This document shows, piece after piece, positions 25,730-34,079 of a stretch of 37,839 bases of DNA. How positions within the stretch are numbered: position 1 is the first letter of the stretch; every line of letters starts with the position of its first letter. The stretch lies in IMG/VR virus record IMGVR_UViG_3300032254_000015, positions 1-37,839 of that record; one strand, given 5' to 3'. The notes beneath the pieces were generated by a model, which did not search any database, was not told where the DNA came from, and was given only the letters and a program-made list of their open reading frames with translations. A program made the position numbers and the translations under genes. Source of the DNA: a virus. Its lineage: Duplodnaviria; Caudoviricetes.

Positions 25730-26321
25730 CATTGAAACACACTCAGGCCGCAACGTGCATTTTATGTACCCGCAACTTGATCAAATTACTTTTGGTGATA
25801 TTGCATGGGCATTATCTCGCACATCACGTTATAACGGACATACACAGGGAGAACACCCATATTCTGTTGCGCAGCATTCTGTTTGGGTAGCATTTGTTGC
25901 TCAATACTTTTTTAGGGCCGACAAGATGACAACGTTGCAAGCCTTGTTTCATGATGCACATGAAGCGTATACCGGAGATATTGCGACACCTTTAAAATAT
26001 TTACCTGCAATAAAGAAACACATCAAAGCCATTGAGTATCGTTTACAACGTGCTATTCATACATCACTTTATATTCCCGAAGTGTTGGACTCTTCTTTGG
26101 ATATTATTAAACAATCAGATCAATTTGCCCTCGCTGTAGAAGCGCATCATTTAATGTATTCAAATGGTGATGAATGGGCTGGCAAAGAAAACGTGCCGGA
26201 AGAATTGTTTGGTTTATTTTGGCGTACATTGCCTTCTCAAGAAGCACACGAATTATTTTGGCTGGCTAAAAATTATATTGACCGTGACATTAGCCTGGAG
26301 GAACTATGGCGCTCCATTTAA
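25719..26321 (+). CDS. HD-domain phosphohydrolase (YfbR/YfdR-like)
   Basis: RYNGH, YSVAQHS, LFHDAHEAYTGD, D..AL..E; GAGG SD before ATG 25719. Confidence 0.9.
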   Translation: MTPSIETHSGRNVHFMYPQLDQITFGDIAWALSRTSRYNGHTQGEHPYSVAQHSVWVAFVAQYFFRADKMTTLQALFHDAHEAYTGDIATPLKYLPAIKKHIKAIEYRLQRAIHTSLYIPEVLDSSLDIIKQSDQFALAVEAHHLMYSNGDEWAGKENVPEELFGLFWRTLPSQEAHELFWLAKNYIDRDISLEELWRSI

Positions 26322-26857
26322 GTTGCCCTGAGTGTGGTTCAGCGTTCGATCTTTTCCAGGCAATGGAAAACACCGATGGTCGACGCTTGTTGGATTTATT
26401 AAAAGATATCCAACCTGTTGTGATTCGACCTTACTTTCGTTACTTGAAATTATTTAAGCCACAAAAACAGGGGTTGCGTTGGTCGAAGATGTTAACGCTA
26501 ACGAAAGAGTTAGCACCGATGATTAAGGATGCTCAAATAAAGCATAACCATGCAATGTATGCCGTACCACCAAGCGCATGGGCAGATGCAATGAATGACC
26601 TGGTAGACAACCCACCAGCGACATTAAAGCTGCCACTTAAAGGGCATGGTTATTTGTTGAGTATTTTATCGGCCAATGCTGAAAAAGTGGCGGCGAAGAC
26701 AGAGCGAAAAACAGAAGAGCATAAACAACGGCCACGTGAAGGTGTTGAACAACAACCAAGCCAAGTTTCAGAAGTCATTAAAAAAGCAAAATCTAAAATG
26801 CCGAAAGATTATTTAAAAAACGCAGTTTACGGTAATAAAAATAATAGCGAGGGATAA
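26306..26857 (+). CDS. Hypothetical protein with N-terminal CPEC
   Basis: CPECG, YL.LFKP....L.W, LPLK.HGYL motifs typical of Mu-like phages. Confidence 0.75.
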   Translation: MALHLSCPECGSAFDLFQAMENTDGRRLLDLLKDIQPVVIRPYFRYLKLFKPQKQGLRWSKMLTLTKELAPMIKDAQIKHNHAMYAVPPSAWADAMNDLVDNPPATLKLPLKGHGYLLSILSANAEKVAAKTERKTEEHKQRPREGVEQQPSQVSEVIKKAKSKMPKDYLKNAVYGNKNNSEG

Positions 26858-26859
26858 GT

Positions 26860-27333
26860 ATGGATGTTCAATCTGAAGAGAGACTAGAAATAAAATATAA
26901 AGTTGACGCTTTATTAAAAAAACACATGGGGCCTGAAGACTGCATTTTAATGAATGAGATTTTTGTTGACGTAACAGGCAGTCATATTATTCCTAATCGT
27001 CGTTTAGACCAGACACGTTTTATTAGAACAATTATTAAAGAGCTTCGTGAGCAAGGCAGGCCCATTGGTATTAAAGGTGGGAAAAATGGTGGTTACTTTA
27101 CAGCGCGTAATGATGAAGAGCTGAAGAAAACAATTGAAACCTTTCATTGTCGAGCAATGAGTTCACTCAAGCAAGAAGCAGCTTTAAAACGCATTAGCTT
27201 TAACGAATTACTAGAACAATATGAACTTGAACTTTCACAAGAGCAACACAGGAGAAAAAAGCATCATGAGCAACGCAGCAAAAAAAATCCCCGAGGGGTA
27301 TATGCAAGACCAACAAGGCAAACTGGTACCTGA
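26860..27333 (+). CDS. Putative winged-helix DNA-binding protein
   Basis: R.IR..I.ELR.QG.PI......GYF. Confidence 0.7.
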   Translation: MDVQSEERLEIKYKVDALLKKHMGPEDCILMNEIFVDVTGSHIIPNRRLDQTRFIRTIIKELREQGRPIGIKGGKNGGYFTARNDEELKKTIETFHCRAMSSLKQEAALKRISFNELLEQYELELSQEQHRRKKHHEQRSKKNPRGVYARPTRQTGT

Positions 27334-27889
27334 AGATATGGTTAAACCGATTGACATTGAACGTAACGACATGGTTCTTAATTTGGTTGACCAGGCAAAA
27401 ACAAAAAGTGTCGAGTTGGCCGCCTTTAAACAGAACGCAATGGAGGCCATTGAAAAATTCATTTTGTCTTCAGGTAAAAAATACCAGGTAAAAATGGGTG
27501 GCAACAAAGGCAACGTCACGCTCATGAGTTATGACGGTCGTTTTAAGATTCAACGTGCCATTGGTGAACACCTGGTATTCGATGAACGTCTACAAGTGGC
27601 CAAAGAACTGATTGACCGATGCCTTAACGAATGGTCAGAAGGCAGTCGACCAGAAATTAAAGTATTAATCAACGATGCGTTTCAGGTTGATAAACAAGGC
27701 AAGGTCAGTACGGCACGTATCTTTGGTTTGCAACGGCTGGACATTAAAGATCGCAAATGGAAGAAAGCCATGAAGGCAATTAGTGATTCTGTTCAGGTGG
27801 CCGGTAGTAAGTCATATATTCGTATTTATGAACAGATAGGTGATACGGATGAGTACAAACCCATTCCATTGGATGTGGCTTCGTTATGA
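27266..27889 (+). CDS. DUF3164 family protein
   Basis: G.KGNVTL.SYDG, FDERLQ.AK.LID, AFQVDKQG, SK.YIR.Y; AGGAG SD. Confidence 0.9.
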   Translation: MSNAAKKIPEGYMQDQQGKLVPEDMVKPIDIERNDMVLNLVDQAKTKSVELAAFKQNAMEAIEKFILSSGKKYQVKMGGNKGNVTLMSYDGRFKIQRAIGEHLVFDERLQVAKELIDRCLNEWSEGSRPEIKVLINDAFQVDKQGKVSTARIFGLQRLDIKDRKWKKAMKAISDSVQVAGSKSYIRIYEQIGDTDEYKPIPLDVASL

Positions 27890-28158
27890 ATGCGCCAAAA
27901 TTCGTGGAGGCTATGAACATACTCGCGCACGATAATAATCTGCCGCTAAAAAAACAAGATGAATGGCCTGATTTTATTAATTATGAACTTCTTGAAAAAC
28001 AGGCATCTTCTTTTACAAAAGAAGAGTTAAATATTTTCGTTGCTGGAGAAATAAGTGAGATGAACGCTTTAGCTAAAAAGAATGAGTGCGTAATGTTGCA
28101 CATGTTTTTAAATGAAGCGTTTGATGGTTCATTGAGCGGGTATTTTTTCTACCCGTAA
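27886..28158 (+). CDS. Hypothetical protein
   Basis: ATGA coupling to the upstream gene. Confidence 0.6.
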   Translation: MNAPKFVEAMNILAHDNNLPLKKQDEWPDFINYELLEKQASSFTKEELNIFVAGEISEMNALAKKNECVMLHMFLNEAFDGSLSGYFFYP

Positions 28159-28171
28159 CAGAGGTTAAATT

Positions 28172-28420
28172 ATGAGCACACCAAAAATAGAAATTGAATT
28201 TTGTGTTTTCAAACTTGCAAGCTGGGCACCGCATTTGCCTGATCAACGTTTTGACTGGGCATATCGAGTGACATCACAAACTGGTAACCAGGTAATCGGG
28301 GTTTGTAATGGTAAAAAAAAGGTTGCAAAACAAAAAGCAAAAGCCGTGGCTAATAAAATGAAACTTTTAGCAGTGAATGGTCGTGATAAGTATAAGTTCA
28401 GTATTGCAAAGCCACATTAA
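28172..28420 (+). CDS. Basic hypothetical protein
   Basis: GAGG SD; operon position. Confidence 0.6.
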   Translation: MSTPKIEIEFCVFKLASWAPHLPDQRFDWAYRVTSQTGNQVIGVCNGKKKVAKQKAKAVANKMKLLAVNGRDKYKFSIAKPH

Positions 28421-28679
28421 CAATGCACCTGATTGGGTATGCTGGGTTGCACAAGATAGTGATGGGTGGTGGAGAGGTTACGACAAATGCCCTGTGATTG
28501 GATTAATACCTTCTGGTATTCCTGGCAACCACCAGATGTATGAAAGCTGGGAAGCAGATATCGACTCAGGAACATTAAGTATTACATCAACACCTCTATT
28601 TCAGGCAGCACCTAATGTTGGCTGGAAAGAAACACGTAAACGAGTACGGAGAAGATATGACAAGCAAAAATGTAATTAA
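28377..28679 (+). CDS. Hypothetical phage protein
   Basis: APDW..W.AQDSDG.W..Y motif; start uncertain. Confidence 0.55.
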   Translation: MVVISISSVLQSHINNAPDWVCWVAQDSDGWWRGYDKCPVIGLIPSGIPGNHQMYESWEADIDSGTLSITSTPLFQAAPNVGWKETRKRVRRRYDKQKCN

Positions 28680-28824
28680 ATATTGCTCATTTTGTGACAA
28701 GAGTGAAAGCGAAGTAGAAGTCCTTATAGCGGCGAATACAGGGACATTTATATGTGAATCGTGTGTTGAGCACTGCACAAAACTAATCAACGAACATGAA
28801 GAAAATAAAAGCAATGAATCCTGA
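28657..28824 (+). CDS. ClpX-type C4 zinc finger protein
   Basis: [15 protein letters not shown].....FICESCVE.C; GGAG SD. Confidence 0.85.
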   Translation: MTSKNVIKYCSFCDKSESEVEVLIAANTGTFICESCVEHCTKLINEHEENKSNES

Positions 28825-29086
28825 TCTCATTAATGGCATGTTTGAATTGGTTGGCAGTTACTTCACCTGGATGAACGCCTGGACTCTCTTCAATCAAAAA
28901 GAAACCAAAGGCGTGTATTGGCCAACAATGTTTTTCTTCAGTGTGTGGGGGTTATGGAATCTTTACTACTACCCAGCACTCGGGCAAAGCTTTAGCTTTT
29001 ATGCCGGTATTGTTTTGGTGATGGGAAATATCGCTTGGGTAGGTTTAGCGGTTTACTACAAGAAAAAATATCGGGAGGAATTATGA
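28814..29086 (+). CDS. Small three-TM membrane protein (PQ-loop/SemiSWEET-like)
   Basis: Three hydrophobic helices; K.TKGV, WG.WN.YYY. Confidence 0.65.
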   Translation: MNPDLINGMFELVGSYFTWMNAWTLFNQKETKGVYWPTMFFFSVWGLWNLYYYPALGQSFSFYAGIVLVMGNIAWVGLAVYYKKKYREEL

Positions 29087-29295
29087 GTGATTTAGCAATA
29101 TATCTTGAGTGGGTAAAAAATATAGAAAGAAAAGGAATCGTCTTAACTGAGTATCCGTGCCCTGACTGTAACTGTAACTTAAAAACACCAACCCCCGCCG
29201 AAGGTGATATTTATGACAGCATGACAACATGTCCCTATTGTGATGAGCATCATTTTAAATCTGTGAATAGTGACGGAAGTGTTGATGTCACCTAA
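29083..29295 (+). CDS. Zinc-ribbon protein
   Basis: CPDC...CPYC; GGAGG SD. Confidence 0.7.
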   Translation: MSDLAIYLEWVKNIERKGIVLTEYPCPDCNCNLKTPTPAEGDIYDSMTTCPYCDEHHFKSVNSDGSVDVT

Positions 29296-29749
29296 ATCTA
29301 AAAAATCACCTCGCGCTAAATGTTATACCTTGCTGGCTGTTGGTAAAAAACAGTTAGGTTGGGATGATGACTTTTATCGTGATGTGTTCCTGGTTAAGTT
29401 TGGTGCTACAAAAGTGAACGGTCGGGTTTCGGCAAGCACTCTTGAATTTGGTAAGTTACATGAAGCGGTTGAAGCGATGAAACGTTCTGGCTTTAAACCC
29501 GTAAAGAAAAATGCCGCTTCTCGTATGAGTGATTGGCGAGTTCCCCGCATTAAAAAAATTACCGCAATGTGGTTTGCATTGCATAAGGCCGAAGTGATCA
29601 ACAACCCCAGTGAAGTGGCTATGCAACGATGGTGTGCCAGCATTACTAAAAAAGCCAAGCTTGAGTGGGCGACTGCAGCAGATCTTAATCATTGTATCGA
29701 AGCCTTAAAGTCCTGGGCACATCGTGAGCACGTTAAACTTGAGCACTAA
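29285..29749 (+). CDS. gemA: GemA / Mu gp16-like regulator (DUF1018)
   Basis: KKQLGWDDDFYR, GFKP, KI.AMW..L, IEALK.W; upstream of mor. Confidence 0.9.
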   Translation: MSPKSKKSPRAKCYTLLAVGKKQLGWDDDFYRDVFLVKFGATKVNGRVSASTLEFGKLHEAVEAMKRSGFKPVKKNAASRMSDWRVPRIKKITAMWFALHKAEVINNPSEVAMQRWCASITKKAKLEWATAADLNHCIEALKSWAHREHVKLEH

Positions 29750-30170
29750 TCACGACATTGAACATGAAGATCTTGCGTTGGTAGACCCAAAATTGTTACC
29801 GCCGCAGATTCGCATTTTTATTCAAACCGTTGGGTTACCCGACACGATTATTTTTCTCAAAGAAAAAGGTGGAACAGTGTTTCGTTTCCCCTTTGAAGCA
29901 AAAGGAACCAAGCTCGAACGAATTGTTGGTCGTGATTCTGCCTATAAGCTATGTCAGGTTTTTGGCGGTAAAACAATTGACTTACCTAAAGCAGATAAAA
30001 TATTAATGCAGATACGCAATATTGCAATTAATAATGAAAGAAGTCATCCGGATTTAGATAAGCGATTATCTTTGTCTCAAGCCGCTTTAAAATTTAATTT
30101 AACAACCCGCCAAATAAAAAATATTTCACATAACAACAATGAAAACACAACCGGCGATCTTTTCGATTGA
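29724..30170 (+). CDS. mor: Mor/C-family late transcription activator
   Basis: GG....P, FGG..I.LP, RN..I, C-terminal HTH (A.KFNLTTRQI..I); start uncertain. Confidence 0.85.
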   Translation: MSTLNLSTNHDIEHEDLALVDPKLLPPQIRIFIQTVGLPDTIIFLKEKGGTVFRFPFEAKGTKLERIVGRDSAYKLCQVFGGKTIDLPKADKILMQIRNIAINNERSHPDLDKRLSLSQAALKFNLTTRQIKNISHNNNENTTGDLFD

Positions 30171-30214
30171 CATAAATTATTATTGAGCACATCATAATAG
30201 CGACTCTCCTCCCT

Positions 30215-30266
30215 TAATAGGGGAAACGTTTCCCATCTATACTCAATTTATTAATCCCGTCATGCT
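30215..30266 (+). promoter_or_regulatory. Activator-dependent late promoter of the lysis-packaging operon
   Basis: Perfect dyad GGGAAACGTTTCCC (30221-30234), 26 nt, then CATGCT (30261-30266). Confidence 0.8.
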
Positions 30267-30272
30267 CCATTC

Positions 30273-30800
30273 ATGGGATTACAAAATACAAATGAAATAG
30301 ATACGTTAATTATTCATTGTGCAGCTACGCCTAACGGTAAGCACTTCACAGTTGAAGATATTGATCGTTGGCATGGTGAGCGCAACTTTAAACGTGATAA
30401 AAAGTTAGTTGGCGATTACGCGGCCCACTTAAAACATATTGGATATCACTTAGTAAATTATATTAATGGTGAGATATATGTTGGGCGTTCGCTGCGTGAA
30501 ACAGGTGCTCATGCTAAAGGCCACAATAAGAACTCCATTGCGCTGTGTTTAATCGGTACAGATAAATTTTCAATTGAACAGTGGGATTCACTTTCTTATC
30601 AAGTTCAATATCTCAAACAAGAACTGCCCAACCTAAAAAACATCATTGGACACAATGAAGTTAACTCACACAAAACGTGCCCAGGATTTGATGTGCAAGC
30701 ATGGCTTGCAGGTGGCATGGTGGCATTAACTTCTCATGTTTTAGCTGATGATTTGCCTGAACCTTTTGATGATGGTGATGACGATGAGGAAAACGAATAA
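30273..30800 (+). CDS. Endolysin, N-acetylmuramoyl-L-alanine amidase (T7 lysozyme-like)
   Basis: IIHCAAT, IGYH, GAHAKGHN, GH....K.CPGF. Confidence 0.93.
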   Translation: MGLQNTNEIDTLIIHCAATPNGKHFTVEDIDRWHGERNFKRDKKLVGDYAAHLKHIGYHLVNYINGEIYVGRSLRETGAHAKGHNKNSIALCLIGTDKFSIEQWDSLSYQVQYLKQELPNLKNIIGHNEVNSHKTCPGFDVQAWLAGGMVALTSHVLADDLPEPFDDGDDDEENE

Positions 30801-31390
30801 TGGCGCTCGGCACAATTATGGCTTTGGCAGAATTTGTTCCAACTATTGCAGGTTGGCTTGGCGGTGATGATGCAGAGGAAACAACACAACAAGTTGTTGA
30901 TGTTGCTAAATCTGTAACCGGTTTGGATAACGAATCCGATGCTATTGCCGCCATAAAGAAAGACCCTTCGTTGCAGATACAATTTCAACAAGCTATGAAC
31001 CCAGTGATCATTGCTCGACTTGAGAACGAAACTAAACAGCAAGCCGAAATCAATGCCACCATGCGCGCAGAGATTAACTCTAACGATAAATTTAAAAGCT
31101 GGTGGCGTCCCGCACTAGGTTGGACGGTTGTTATAAACTTTGGTGCGCTTATGTCTTCTATTGTTGTCGTTATATTAGTAGCTGCGTTTAAAGACGATCC
31201 CAAACTTATTACTACTTTTATTACTGCTCTTAGTTCTCTAATGGGAACACTGACCGTTATTTGGTCAATGGCTCTGGCGGTTCTGGGTGTAAACATTAAT
31301 CGTCGTAGTGATGATAAAGCACTTGCTGCAGGTCACCCGCCAAAACCAAAATTATTAGGTTCGCTCGCAAGCAAATGGTTGGGTAAATAG
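30800..31390 (+). CDS. Putative holin (GTA 3TM holin-like)
   Basis: After the endolysin; W.WRP..GW followed by two TM segments. Confidence 0.72.
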   Translation: MALGTIMALAEFVPTIAGWLGGDDAEETTQQVVDVAKSVTGLDNESDAIAAIKKDPSLQIQFQQAMNPVIIARLENETKQQAEINATMRAEINSNDKFKSWWRPALGWTVVINFGALMSSIVVVILVAAFKDDPKLITTFITALSSLMGTLTVIWSMALAVLGVNINRRSDDKALAAGHPPKPKLLGSLASKWLGK

Positions 31391-31395
31391 TAAAA

Positions 31396-31614
31396 ATGGA
31401 TGAAGCAGATCACGCTCAAATTTATGAAGAGCAAACAAGGGAACGCGGAATACATAATGCAAGGCTGCAACATAAAGAACCTGCATTAATAATAAATGGA
31501 AAACGAATGTGTGTTGATTGTGAAGAAGAAATTAATCCAAAACGTGTTGAGTCGGTCAACGCCATTCGTTGTTCAGAATGCCAACCCTATTATGAAATGC
31601 GGAGTAAACGGTAA
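31396..31614 (+). CDS. TraR/DksA C4 zinc finger protein
   Basis: MDEADHA (DxxDxA), CVDCEEEI..KR......RCSECQ. Confidence 0.9.
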   Translation: MDEADHAQIYEEQTRERGIHNARLQHKEPALIINGKRMCVDCEEEINPKRVESVNAIRCSECQPYYEMRSKR

Positions 31615-31823
31615 TGGCTGATCAAGAAGACATAATGCTTATGCTGGGTGAAATCAGGGGAGAATTAAAGGGCATGAATAAAAAGTTAGACTCAATCGAC
31701 GGGATTGATGAGCGCCTAAGACAAAATGAAGTTAAAGCTTCTAAGAATGGTGCTGCTGCTGGTGGATTCATGGGTATCGGCATAGCAATTATTTCTGAAG
31801 GTGTAAGACATGCGTTTAAGTAA
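31614..31823 (+). CDS. Small coiled-coil protein with C-terminal TM segment
   Basis: TAATG coupling; heptads followed by a Gly/Ala hydrophobic tail. Confidence 0.7.
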   Translation: MADQEDIMLMLGEIRGELKGMNKKLDSIDGIDERLRQNEVKASKNGAAAGGFMGIGIAIISEGVRHAFK

Positions 31824-31839
31824 TGTGGCTTGATATTAA

Positions 31840-32337
31840 ATGGCTCATAAACCAGAAACACGCAATGCTGTTCGTTCCTCTTATGTTCATGAACACTTAC
31901 CTCTTGATGCAGCATGTAAAAAACATGACGTCAGCTTTAATACTGGACGCACATGGAAAAAACGTGCAAAAGAAAATGGAGATGATTGGGACAAAGCTCG
32001 TGCTGCCAATCAAATGGCTAAGGGTGGCTTGGGTGACATTACGACACAACTACTCGAAGATTTTACATTGTTGTTTAAATCAACAGTTGAAGATATCACC
32101 ACCGGCGAATACGACGGTTTAAAAAAAGCAGAAGCGCTATCACGATTAAGTGATGCTTACACTAAAACAATGAAAGCCGCTGCCGGTGGTGACCCTAAAA
32201 TTGCCAAGCTTTCTACCGCATTAGAAACACTGCAACTATTGGCTAACTACATCAAAGAAGAACACCCGGACGTGTTGGAACGATTCAGCTTAATACTTGA
32301 ACCCTTTGGCGCTAAAGTGAATGAGGCATTTAGTTAA
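31840..32337 (+). CDS. DUF1804 family protein, probable terminase small subunit
   Basis: MAH..ETR..VR..YV, WK..A...GDDWDKARAA; upstream of terL. Confidence 0.88.
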   Translation: MAHKPETRNAVRSSYVHEHLPLDAACKKHDVSFNTGRTWKKRAKENGDDWDKARAANQMAKGGLGDITTQLLEDFTLLFKSTVEDITTGEYDGLKKAEALSRLSDAYTKTMKAAAGGDPKIAKLSTALETLQLLANYIKEEHPDVLERFSLILEPFGAKVNEAFS

Positions 32338-32341
32338 TGCC

Positions 32342-34072
32342 ATGAAGGATATTAAAGAAAAACAGTTCTTAAATGAACTTCAGGATTTAACTGTCAGTCT
32401 CCGTAAGGAGATTGAAGCGTTTCAGGTTGGGCTGGATTCTTCTAAATCCGCTATTGCTGAACGTCGCAGTAAAGTGTTGAATGGTGACTTCCAATTTTTT
32501 GCTTACACTTATTTTCCGCATCATGTTCGTGGTGAGCCTTCTGTTTTTCAGGCGCATTTTTGTAATCGTTTTTCAAAGTTATTGTTACAACAAGCTGGCT
32601 GTCGTGAATGGTGGGTGGCTCCTCGTGGTGAAACGAAGTCCACGTTACTCACTAAAATTGGCCCTTTGTTTATTGCCGTGTTGGGTTTGTTACAACAAGA
32701 AAGTATTCGTCGAGAAGTTAAATGGCAAGGTGATGCTCCTCCTTATCTTGACTATGTGACTTTTCTGGGCGCTGAAACAAAGCTACCGACTAAATTAATT
32801 GAAGTGGTTAAATCTGAACTCACTATGAATTCCATGTTAGAAATGGATTTTCCTGAAGTCACGGGCCGAAGCGTTAATTGGAAAATCGGAGAATTCACCA
32901 CGGCGAATGGCATTAAGATGGAATCCTTCGGTGCAGAGCAAGCGGTGCGTGGTACCTTCCACGGTTCATCACGACCAAAGGTTTTATTGGGTGATGATCT
33001 CATTACCGATAAAGAAGCCAAGTCACCTACTGAGCGTGAGAACCGCTGGAGTTGGCTAGAAAAAGCCATTGATTATCTTGGCCCACCTGATGGTTCAGTG
33101 AAGTACCTGGGCGTGGGTACCATTTTAAATAAAGATGATCCTATCTCTCGTGCTAAGCAAGCCATTGGTCATATTGTTCATCATTTTAAAGCCATTATTA
33201 AATTACCCACCTTTATGGACTTATGGGATCAATGTGAAGAGCTCATGCGCAATGACGACCCTCGCTTCGAGGAAAAATATAATGATAAGGGTGAAGTGGC
33301 ACCACCGGAATTAATGCCTTCGTATAAATATTATTTGAAGCATAAAAAGAAAATGGATAAAGGTGCAGTAACTTCATGGCCTGCTGTGCGCAGTCTTTTT
33401 TGGTTAATGCATCAACGCGCTAAAAACAAACGTGCCTTTGGCACTGAGATGCAAGGTGAACCACTTACTGATGAAGACCTGGTGTTTACTAATTATCAAT
33501 TCTGGGTATCTCGTTTATCTGACTGGATCATGTTTGGTGCCTGTGACCCATCAATGGGTAAAGGTGAGTCATCAGATCCAAGTGCCATATTAGTGGGTGG
33601 CTTTAATGTGCAAAAGAAAAAGCTGCATGTTATTGAAGCGGATATTAAACGTCGTGTGCCATCTAAATTATCTGCTGATTTAATCAATATGCAAAGAGAG
33701 TATGGCTGCCAGGCGATTGGCTTTGAAAACAATAATGCTTATGAGCACATGCGTAAAACGTTTATGGATGATGCTATTTCAAAGAATGTTGTATTGCCTT
33801 TAGCGGCTATAACAGCAACGGTTCCACCTGAGGTTCGTATTGATTCTTTAGAACCGTTCATTAATGACATTGACCCGAGTATTTTATTTCATTCCACATT
33901 GACACGCTTAATTGATGAAATGAATACCTGGCCAGAAAAACAATCACACCACCATTACGATGGATTAGTGGCATTACATATTCTTTGGTATGTGGCCGTT
34001 ACGCGTGCTGGTGGTCTCCCTAACATTGCAACACGCAAACGCAAAGATAGTGTCAACACGTCACGCTATTGA
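32342..34072 (+). CDS. Terminase large subunit
   Basis: APRGETKST Walker A variant, RGTFHG..RP, GACDPSMG nuclease motif, HYDG; start tentative. Confidence 0.92.
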   Translation: MKDIKEKQFLNELQDLTVSLRKEIEAFQVGLDSSKSAIAERRSKVLNGDFQFFAYTYFPHHVRGEPSVFQAHFCNRFSKLLLQQAGCREWWVAPRGETKSTLLTKIGPLFIAVLGLLQQESIRREVKWQGDAPPYLDYVTFLGAETKLPTKLIEVVKSELTMNSMLEMDFPEVTGRSVNWKIGEFTTANGIKMESFGAEQAVRGTFHGSSRPKVLLGDDLITDKEAKSPTERENRWSWLEKAIDYLGPPDGSVKYLGVGTILNKDDPISRAKQAIGHIVHHFKAIIKLPTFMDLWDQCEELMRNDDPRFEEKYNDKGEVAPPELMPSYKYYLKHKKKMDKGAVTSWPAVRSLFWLMHQRAKNKRAFGTEMQGEPLTDEDLVFTNYQFWVSRLSDWIMFGACDPSMGKGESSDPSAILVGGFNVQKKKLHVIEADIKRRVPSKLSADLINMQREYGCQAIGFENNNAYEHMRKTFMDDAISKNVVLPLAAITATVPPEVRIDSLEPFINDIDPSILFHSTLTRLIDEMNTWPEKQSHHHYDGLVALHILWYVAVTRAGGLPNIATRKRKDSVNTSRY

Positions 34073-34079
34073 GGTAGAC

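Noticed and set aside
25719-26321. HD protein as evidence of a Z-base (diaminopurine) genome
   Set aside because: No purZ, mazZ or DNA polymerase in the genome
30167-30198. TTGACA...CATAAT sigma70 promoter after mor
   Set aside because: The 20-bp spacer is too long; the dyad promoter explains the region
31823-32122. 99-aa + strand ORF coupled to the upstream stop
   Set aside because: Out-of-frame overlap with the conserved DUF1804 gene; no lipobox or motif to support a spanin
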